Positions 39,409 to 46,809 of a stretch of 51,461 bases of DNA are shown in pieces. The position numbers and the translations under genes were made by a program. The notes beneath the pieces were generated by a model. The model saw nothing but the letters and a program-made list of their open reading frames with translations. It did no database searches and was not told where the DNA came from. Position 1 is the first letter of the stretch. Every line of letters starts with the position of its first letter. The DNA is from an uncultured Chitinophaga sp. (lineage in GTDB: Bacteria; Bacteroidota; Bacteroidia; Chitinophagales; Chitinophagaceae): positions 1-51,461 of the forward strand of contig CAZYTV010000003.1 in the NCBI GenBank assembly GCA_964650455.1, in the 5' to 3' direction.

Positions 39409-40734
39409 TTATTTTTTCATCCGGAGACGCTGGTTGACCAGGTCTCCCACTTTTCTTCCATACTCTGTACTCACGATACAGGAGCTATGAAAGTGAATCC
39501 CTCCGTAAAAACGGGCCCAGTTATTTTCCAGGGCCGCCTGGCGGAAAGAAGTAAATGATCTGTTTTTAATGCCAAACTCCAGTTCCGAGGTGTCGGTATA
39601 AGCAAAATGATCGCCAAATACACTGGTCAGCGCTTCAGCGGCAGAAGAAGAAACCGTACTGTGCCCGCAGGTATACTCCGGGAAGGGAGGTGTCTGCAGG
39701 AAAGGTTTCCACTCCGCATCAACATATTTATTGATGACCGTTTCCGGCCGTACCGTATTGCTCCTGAATTTCTCATCCCAGCACTGGATAAAGCCATCGA
39801 ACATGGCGATTGCAGTCTTCGTATACGCATAAACGGTAGTGTTGTAATCCACTTTAGCTTTTTGCGCGGCAATACCCACAATATTCATCCAGTGACCGGG
39901 GGGCGAGAATTTCTTGGTCATAAACATCACGTGCCCGGATACATTCAGCCGGGTGCCCAGGTCATCCCAGAATTCCGCGATATGCTTTTGCTCGTCGGTT
40001 AAACTGTCGCCTGCATTTTTCACCGCCATGACTTCCTTGTAGTATACACTGTTTTTATTCTTTATATCAAAAGGGGGTGGTGGCGGCGGCGTAAACATAT
40101 CGGCGCTGTCCATGACCATGGTCCGGATCTCTCTCCAATGTGGTTCGAGGGCCTGTGCATACATGGGTGGTGTCGGAATCCAGCGGCCGGGTGTGTCTAT
40201 CACGGTGTATTTGGGGGCGGTCCTTGTTTGCGCATAGTTGTCTTTCTTACTCCAGGCCAGGATCACTTTACCAACCGTGTCAGCAAAGGCGACGGTGTTT
40301 TTATATACAGATCCGGGCATGCCATGATCTTTCACCAGTTTTTTCAGGCTGTCCACATAGTCCTGCATACTGCCTTCCGGAAAAGTAACCGCTTCGCCAA
40401 GTTTGCAGAACGCGAGAATACTGGCAAAATGGAAATCAATTTCCTGTCCGGCGGGTGCGGCTGGTACGACACTGAGCCCATTCACCTGTCCGGCGAGTGA
40501 CTGGTACTGATCCGGGTAACCGGCGGCGATGATCTCATAAGCCGCGATATTGGCATAGAGATAATTCCTGGAAGCAATGATGGGCGGAAAATTATTCTGC
40601 ATCACCACATTGTTCAGTTCTTTCACCGTTTTGGAATAGAGGAAAGGGTTGCCCGTGATTTCTTTATAATCACTTTTAGTATTACAGGCACTTACAGCAA
40701 TCAATGCTGCAATAGCCACAACTGCTATACGCAT
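39409..40734 (-). CDS. Vanadium-dependent haloperoxidase/PAP2-family lipoprotein (flavobacterial VIPO-like)
   Basis: Lipobox VSAC; CWDEKFRSNTVRP, TPPFPEYTCGHS, RFYGGIH. Start placed at ATG 40734. Confidence 0.88.
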   Translation of the reverse strand: MRIAVVAIAALIAVSACNTKSDYKEITGNPFLYSKTVKELNNVVMQNNFPPIIASRNYLYANIAAYEIIAAGYPDQYQSLAGQVNGLSVVPAAPAGQEIDFHFASILAFCKLGEAVTFPEGSMQDYVDSLKKLVKDHGMPGSVYKNTVAFADTVGKVILAWSKKDNYAQTRTAPKYTVIDTPGRWIPTPPMYAQALEPHWREIRTMVMDSADMFTPPPPPPFDIKNKNSVYYKEVMAVKNAGDSLTDEQKHIAEFWDDLGTRLNVSGHVMFMTKKFSPPGHWMNIVGIAAQKAKVDYNTTVYAYTKTAIAMFDGFIQCWDEKFRSNTVRPETVINKYVDAEWKPFLQTPPFPEYTCGHSTVSSSAAEALTSVFGDHFAYTDTSELEFGIKNRSFTSFRQAALENNWARFYGGIHFHSSCIVSTEYGRKVGDLVNQRLRMKK

Positions 40735-40789
40735 ACGAATTCGTTTGTTAAAATAGTTGAAATAAAAAAAAGAATGGAGTCTGGATGAA

Positions 40790-41344
40790 TCAGCACTCCG
40801 GGGGGGCATGTGGTACCTGGCCGTTTATCTCAACCGGGAGAAGCAAATAGCCGTCATGAAAAGTAATTGACAGCATGACCACTTTACTTGAGAAAGCAGT
40901 ATTCAACTGATCATCAAAATCTCCCAGGCTGTTTTTTATAAGGGTGGGTGATGGTTGTTTCTGTGTTCCCTGTTCCGTGGTGGACAGCATGCTGTTGGCG
41001 CGGGTCAGATCAAAGCGCATATCTTTCAGTTGCTGGCGCGATTGGTTAGGTATGCACTGGAAGATCACCACATCACCATCGATCTTTTTCTTTACATAGG
41101 TATAGGACTGTCCATCGATTTCAATATTACCATAGTGACGTTCGTACCCGGTATAGCGTTGCTGGTAAGGCATGTTCAGCGGCATCCGGATTTCAATAAG
41201 ATTCGTTTCATCATACACTTCCTGGTCGAGCATCGATTCCAGGTTGCGGTCGGCTTTATGCTGCAGCAGGTTGATAAAAGGATGATACCCTCCTGTACTG
41301 AACAGGAGGATCAGTGAAAAGCATATGGCAATTATCTTTCTCAA
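40790..41344 (-). CDS. Hypothetical exported/membrane-anchored protein ending in HAPP-EC
   Basis: TTG start, N-terminal hydrophobic segment, compact domain (IEIRMPLNMPY...G.IEIDG..Y.YVK...CIPN), low-complexity linker, terminal VPHAPPEC. Confidence 0.75.
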   Translation of the reverse strand: MRKIIAICFSLILLFSTGGYHPFINLLQHKADRNLESMLDQEVYDETNLIEIRMPLNMPYQQRYTGYERHYGNIEIDGQSYTYVKKKIDGDVVIFQCIPNQSRQQLKDMRFDLTRANSMLSTTEQGTQKQPSPTLIKNSLGDFDDQLNTAFSSKVVMLSITFHDGYLLLPVEINGQVPHAPPEC

Positions 41345-41365
41345 GTCAGCAGTCGTCGGTTTTTA

Positions 41366-43399
41366 TTACCGCACAATATATGTTTTTTTCTCCCGTCCCG
41401 CACCGGTAATGGTCAGGCTTTTCCAATGACCAGGAAGTGCTGTTTTTAGCTGCACCAGTCCCTTTGGGGTGATTTCGATTCCACCAAATCCCATCAGGAT
41501 ACTCTGCAGAATACCTCCGGCACCTGTGGCAAAATACGGGTTGGTGCCTCCTTTTGTTTCAGCGATCACGCGGAACGGCGGATTCAGATTGGGCAGGTAA
41601 GCCTCTTTAAACCAATGATATGCTTTTTCACCTTCGCCCAACCGCGCATACAGGGTTGTGAATACCGCTTGAGTCATGGCAGGTGTACCTTCATTGGGAA
41701 CCCGCTTTTCATAATATTCAAGATCCTTCCGGATGGCATTGGGGTCCCTCACTTCTTTCAGCGGATAAGCCAGCAGGTTTACATCAGCCTGTTTAATGCC
41801 TTCGCCTGTATAGGTAGCATGTTCTTTTGTCACCCCGTCATCGAATTTCAAAATCGGAATATTAGCCGCTACCAGCATCCAGTCCGGATCAGCAGGGATG
41901 CCTAAAACGTTGGCGGCTTCAGTGGCAAACTGCAGGTTGGCCCTGGCGGCTGCATTGGTAAATGCATCGTTGTCGACGTTTTCGGCCCACTCATCAGCGG
42001 CAACCACATTATTTATATCATAGTGACCGGGTCCTTTTCTTTCCACCCGGCTGGACCAGAAATCGGCCGTGGCGGAGAGCATGGGCCATCCTTTTTCACG
42101 CAGCCAGTTTTTATCCTGAGTTACACAGTAGTAATTCCAGGCGGCAATGGCCACACAGCCTGTTATATGATGTTCAAAGGGTCCGCTCAGTGCCCATACC
42201 GGTGTTTCTTCCACACCGGAATCTGCACTTTCCCAGGGAAACATCGCTCCTTTATAACCTTTGCTGAATGCATTTCTTTTAGCCGCATCCAATCGCTGGA
42301 AACGGTATTCCATCATGCTTTTGGCGAGCCCGGGATGCAATACCAGTAAAGCCGGGTACATCCACAACTCGGTATCCCAGAATACATGACCATTATACCC
42401 CAGGCCGCTCAGTCCCATTGGCGAAGGGGATAAAGCCGTGCCTTCCCGGGTAAATGAATAAAGATGATAGAGCATGCTGTGCACATCCTGCTGTGCCTGC
42501 GGATCCCCTTCAATCGTAATATCACTCTTCCAGAGTTCATGCCAGGCATTGGTATGGAATTGCAACAGCCGTTCCCTCCCTTCCAGTTTTGCAAATATGG
42601 TCGACCGCTCTGCTTCATTCAGCGGGTCGGCATGATGAGCAGACGTAATGGATGAACCGGCAATGGAAAAACGATAGGTTTCACCGGCTTTCATGCCGCG
42701 GGAAAATTTCATCAGGTGCATATTATTATCCCACATTTCATGGATCACCCGGGGTTCCTGTCCATGGGCTTCGGGAAATAAGAAGGTGTTACTGGCGCAC
42801 ATCAGTAATTTACCGGTCGGACTTTTTGCGGAAGAAGTAAGCAGGCTGATCCTGACATGCGGCCTGTCGATCTCATTGTAATAATTCTGTACCTCTTTCA
42901 ATGCATCAGGTGCTTCCATTACACTGGCGCCACCGAGACGGAAATCTTTTTTGGCCGTAACCGTGATATCCATCAGTACGGTATAGGGTAAATGACGTAA
43001 GGAGTAATAGGTATAACTGATCCTGGCCTTATCTCCATAGTCAAAGGAAGTGGTAAAGGCTGCTTTCTTCATATCCAGTTCCTGTTGCAGGTTACTGGCT
43101 TCTGTGCTGCCAATACTTCGGCCATCAATGTCCAGCCGCATATTCAGGAGGTTGAAACTCTTTAGAAAATTGCTCACCCGGCCCCGGCCATACAGGTCAT
43201 AAGCCCCGGCCAGCACCACGTCTTTTACGGTAAAGGGTTCAGGAGAAGAAACAATGCCGATCATTCCATTGGCTACTGTTATACCATAATAGTTGGCTGC
43301 ATCTGTTTTACCCGAAGTTATCTTCCATGGGTCCGGCTGACCGGCTACCGGGATGGATAGAATAATCACGTATAGTGTAAGACATATCGTGCGCCACAT
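41366..43399 (-). CDS. Secreted GH65 glycoside hydrolase (kojibiose hydrolase/PGGHG-like rather than phosphorylase)
   Basis: Signal peptide; YNGHVFWDTELW, FPWES, VVAADEW (general acid), KQAD, and TPAMT at the position of the phosphorylase phosphate-binding loop. Confidence 0.88.
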   Translation of the reverse strand: MWRTICLTLYVIILSIPVAGQPDPWKITSGKTDAANYYGITVANGMIGIVSSPEPFTVKDVVLAGAYDLYGRGRVSNFLKSFNLLNMRLDIDGRSIGSTEASNLQQELDMKKAAFTTSFDYGDKARISYTYYSLRHLPYTVLMDITVTAKKDFRLGGASVMEAPDALKEVQNYYNEIDRPHVRISLLTSSAKSPTGKLLMCASNTFLFPEAHGQEPRVIHEMWDNNMHLMKFSRGMKAGETYRFSIAGSSITSAHHADPLNEAERSTIFAKLEGRERLLQFHTNAWHELWKSDITIEGDPQAQQDVHSMLYHLYSFTREGTALSPSPMGLSGLGYNGHVFWDTELWMYPALLVLHPGLAKSMMEYRFQRLDAAKRNAFSKGYKGAMFPWESADSGVEETPVWALSGPFEHHITGCVAIAAWNYYCVTQDKNWLREKGWPMLSATADFWSSRVERKGPGHYDINNVVAADEWAENVDNDAFTNAAARANLQFATEAANVLGIPADPDWMLVAANIPILKFDDGVTKEHATYTGEGIKQADVNLLAYPLKEVRDPNAIRKDLEYYEKRVPNEGTPAMTQAVFTTLYARLGEGEKAYHWFKEAYLPNLNPPFRVIAETKGGTNPYFATGAGGILQSILMGFGGIEITPKGLVQLKTALPGHWKSLTITGAGREKKTYIVR

Positions 43400-43457
43400 A
43401 CAGCAAGTTTGAAGTAATTTAATCAGTACTTACTTACCGTCAGCATATTCCGGGTTA

Positions 43458-43471
43458 CGAAAACGATTCCG
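43458..43471. promoter_or_regulatory. LacI-type operator upstream of GH65
   Basis: CGAAAACGATTCCG; 12/14 identical to the reverse complement of 9095-9108 (CGAAAACATTTCCG). Confidence 0.55.
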
Positions 43472-43672
43472 GTGGATAATATGCAGGTTTCATTTTAATG
43501 CTTTACAGCAGCCGGTTTAGGTGATTCTAATCAGTCGTAAAGCATGACTTCAAACGGGCATGGGACCGGATATATTTGTTTAATGTTTATTAATCAGCCG
43601 ATTAAATAATTAGACAATAGTTACACAACTGGTATAAATGGCAAAACTTACAGGAGGATTGGAAAAATAATT

Positions 43673-43702
43673 TTTGGAACCCTTAAAATATTCCTAATAT
43701 TG
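43673..43702 (+). promoter_or_regulatory. Putative Bacteroidota sigma-A promoter of susC2
   Basis: TTTG (43673-43676), 18-bp spacer, TAATATTG (43695-43702; one mismatch to TAnnTTTG). Confidence 0.5.
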
Positions 43703-43742
43703 TGTGTTTAATACACATTCCAATGTGTCTTTGATACATAAT
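43699..43742. promoter_or_regulatory. Two tandem NrtR-type operators over the susC2 promoter
   Basis: attgtgtgtttaatacacatt (43699-43719) and aatgtgtctttgatacataat (43722-43742); TGTGT-N7-ACAYA; centres 23 bp apart. Confidence 0.75.
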
Positions 43743-43784
43743 GTGTGGATGATAACAAGATTGCTAAAAATTTAATGATTGCTT

Positions 43785-46700
43785 ATGTTGCCCCAAAAAC
43801 TCATGAAGGCAGCCAGTCTTATTATACTGGCGTTGTTGGCGCAGATTTCTTTTGCGCAAGACAGAGTGATTACAGGAAAAATTACTGATTCCAAAGATGG
43901 TTCCCCGGTACAGGGAGCAAGTGTGGTGGCCAAGGGCAACCGCACCGGTGCTCAGACAGGTGCTGACGGAACCTTCCGCATTTCAGTACCTGCTACTGTA
44001 AACGCACTCGTTGTTTCTTCTGTTGGCTTTGCCACACAGGAAGTATCTATTGAAGGAAAAACATCTGTGGATGTATCGCTGGTTGTCGTCAATGCTTCGA
44101 TGGGCGAAGTAGTGGTGGTGGCTTATGGTACCCGCAGAAGAGGAGACCTTACCGGTTCCGTTACGGCGGTATCAGCAAAGGACTTCCAGAAAGGTAATAT
44201 TAACTCGCCTGAACAACTGCTTCAGGGTAAGGTAGCCGGTTTGCAGATTACCACCGGTGGTGGTTCTGCAGGTGGTGGCAGCCGTATCCGTATCCGCGGT
44301 GGGGCTTCACTGAATGCAAGTAACGATCCGCTGATCGTTATTGACGGTGTTCCTGTTGAAGGAAATGGCGTGGCCGGTTCAGCCAACCTGCTGAACTCGA
44401 TCAACCCGAACGATATTGAATCCATGACCGTGCTGAAAGACGCATCGGCCACAGCCCTGTATGGTTCAAGAGCCTCCAACGGGGTGCTGATCATTACCAC
44501 TAAGAAAGGAATGAAAGGCAAAATGAAATTTTCCTATAATACCATGTTCTCTGTAGGTATTATCGGTGATAAAGTGGATGTACTGACCGGTGATCAGGTG
44601 CGGAGTATCCTGGATGCAGATGCTGCCGCTACCGGTAACAACACCTATAAGAACCTGTATGGTCAGTCCAATACCAAATGGCAGGACGAAATCTACCAGG
44701 CCGCTTTTGGTTTTGACAATACGATCAGTGCCAGCGGTAGCCTTGGAAAGATTCCTTTCCGTGCTTCACTGGGTTACCTGAACCAGGACGGTATCCTGAA
44801 AACAAATAATTTCAGCCGTTTCAGCACAGCAATCAACTTGAACCCCAAATTCCTGGAAGATCACCTGAGTGTGAACTTATCCGTAAAAGCCAGCCAGACC
44901 AAGAACCGCTTTGCAAATGAAGGCGCAATTGGTAATGCTGTGAGCTTTGACCCCACCCAGCCTGTCACAACAGGTAATAAAGAATGGGGCGGATACTGGG
45001 AGTGGTTACAGACTGATGGTAAACCCATCGACCTGTCCAATCGTAACCCACTTGGTTTACTGAATCTCCGCGACAACCGCTCTAAAGTGGGCCGGGTGAT
45101 CGGTAACGTTCAGATTGACTATAAACTGCATTTCTTCCCTGACCTGCATATCCTTGCCAACCTGGGTATGGATTATATGAGCGGCAGTGGTAATGATAAT
45201 ATCGACTCTTTATCTCCCACTAACTACAAAGTAGGTGGCAGAAAGACTTATTATGAGCAGCAGAAAATAAATAACCTGGCTGACTTCTCCCTGTTCTATA
45301 CAAAAGAACTGAAGAGCATCCGGAGTAAGATCGATGTACTGGCCGGCCATAGCTACCAGTCTTTCCTTACCAAAGTGACCAACCTGCCTTCTTTCAGTTA
45401 CAGGGCCATTGCTGACCCCACCCGTCCAGGTAAACTGGATACGATCCAGGGTTCTGAACCGACTTTCCTGACTGATCGTCCGGAATACAGGCTGGAATCT
45501 TATATCGGTCGTATCAACTTTACAGTCATGGATAAATACCTGCTGACTGCTTCTATCCGGAGTGATGCGAGTTCTAAACTCAACCCCAATGACCGTGTAG
45601 GTTACTTCCCGGCTGTGGCATTAGCATGGAAAATGAAAGATGAATTTTTCAGATCATCCAATGTGGTGACCGACCTGAAACTCCGCCTCGGCTGGGGTAT
45701 CACCGGTCAGCAGGATGGTATCGGATACTATTCTTACCTGCCCCGTTATTCACTCGGCAATGCTTCTGCCCAATACCAGTTTGGCAACTCTTTTGTCAGT
45801 GTACTGCGTCCCGAAGGTTACGATCCTAACCTGAAATGGGAAACAACGACTACGTCTAATATCGGACTGGATTTCGGTTTTGCTAAAAACAGGATCTCCG
45901 GTACCATTGATTTCTACAAACGCAAAACAGAAGACCTGCTGGCGAATGTAGCTGTAGCAGCCGGTGCCAACTTTGTGAATGAAATCGTGACCAACGTAGG
46001 AGATATCAAAAGTGAGGGGGTTGAATTAACCATCAATACCACACCGGTGAAGAACAAGAACCTGACCTGGGATTTTGGATTCAACTATACGTATAATAAA
46101 GCAGAGATCACCAACCTGCTGAAAAACCCCGATCCGAATTTTAAAGGACAGGATGTAACCTTTATTGGTGGTGGCACCGGTAACAATATCGGTATTCACG
46201 CCGTGGGACAAAGTCCTTATACCTTCATCATGTACAAGCAGATCTATGATGAAAACGGCAAGGCGATCGATGGACTGTTTGAAGACACTAACCGGGATGG
46301 TATCATCAACAACGATGACCGTTATATGTATAAAAAACCTGCAGCCGATGTACTGCTGGGTATTAATACACAGGTTACCTACAAAGAATTCACCTTCGGC
46401 CTGGCCGGTCACGGTGCCTTTGGTAACTACCTGTACAATAACGTTAATTCCAACAACGGGGTGTTAAGGGCGATTAAGAACCCAATCAACTTTATCGGTA
46501 ATGCCACTACGGATTACCTGACCACCGGTTTCGACAACAACCGTTATTTCTCCGATTATTATATTGATAATGCTTCATTCTTCCGCCTGGATAATATCAA
46601 CTTTGGATACAATGTAGGTAAGATCCTGAAAGACAAAGCCTCTATGAGGGTGTCCGCCAGTGTGCAGAATGTATTTGTAATCACAAAGTATAAAGGACTG

Positions 46701-46790
46701 GATCCTGAGAATGCCAGTGATGGTGGTGTAGACAATAATATCTACCCAAGACCCCGTATTTTCTCTTTAGGATTCAACTTTGATTTTTAA
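43785..46790 (+). CDS. susC: SusC/RagA-family TonB-dependent transporter (SusC2)
   Basis: INPNDIESMTVLKDASATALYGSRASNGVLIITTKKG; LKWETT; C-terminal YPRPRIFSLGFNFDF. Start placed at ATG 43785. Confidence 0.96.
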   Translation: MLPQKLMKAASLIILALLAQISFAQDRVITGKITDSKDGSPVQGASVVAKGNRTGAQTGADGTFRISVPATVNALVVSSVGFATQEVSIEGKTSVDVSLVVVNASMGEVVVVAYGTRRRGDLTGSVTAVSAKDFQKGNINSPEQLLQGKVAGLQITTGGGSAGGGSRIRIRGGASLNASNDPLIVIDGVPVEGNGVAGSANLLNSINPNDIESMTVLKDASATALYGSRASNGVLIITTKKGMKGKMKFSYNTMFSVGIIGDKVDVLTGDQVRSILDADAAATGNNTYKNLYGQSNTKWQDEIYQAAFGFDNTISASGSLGKIPFRASLGYLNQDGILKTNNFSRFSTAINLNPKFLEDHLSVNLSVKASQTKNRFANEGAIGNAVSFDPTQPVTTGNKEWGGYWEWLQTDGKPIDLSNRNPLGLLNLRDNRSKVGRVIGNVQIDYKLHFFPDLHILANLGMDYMSGSGNDNIDSLSPTNYKVGGRKTYYEQQKINNLADFSLFYTKELKSIRSKIDVLAGHSYQSFLTKVTNLPSFSYRAIADPTRPGKLDTIQGSEPTFLTDRPEYRLESYIGRINFTVMDKYLLTASIRSDASSKLNPNDRVGYFPAVALAWKMKDEFFRSSNVVTDLKLRLGWGITGQQDGIGYYSYLPRYSLGNASAQYQFGNSFVSVLRPEGYDPNLKWETTTTSNIGLDFGFAKNRISGTIDFYKRKTEDLLANVAVAAGANFVNEIVTNVGDIKSEGVELTINTTPVKNKNLTWDFGFNYTYNKAEITNLLKNPDPNFKGQDVTFIGGGTGNNIGIHAVGQSPYTFIMYKQIYDENGKAIDGLFEDTNRDGIINNDDRYMYKKPAADVLLGINTQVTYKEFTFGLAGHGAFGNYLYNNVNSNNGVLRAIKNPINFIGNATTDYLTTGFDNNRYFSDYYIDNASFFRLDNINFGYNVGKILKDKASMRVSASVQNVFVITKYKGLDPENASDGGVDNNIYPRPRIFSLGFNFDF

Positions 46791-46809
46791 TTAAAAAAAT
46801 TATTGAGTT

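Noticed and set aside
36878-40734. Halogenated natural-product biosynthetic cluster around the VHPO genes
   Set aside because: No PKS, NRPS, prenyltransferase or other scaffold genes in the window; the context is carbohydrate uptake.
41366-43399. GH65 as maltose/trehalose phosphorylase
   Set aside because: It has a signal peptide, lacks the His/Ser-rich phosphate-binding loop (PAM instead), and no beta-phosphoglucomutase gene is nearby.
43742-43758. Third NrtR box (tgtgtggatgataacaa)
   Set aside because: Only the left half-site matches; the spacing to AC is 8 rather than 7 and the TTRRT core is absent.
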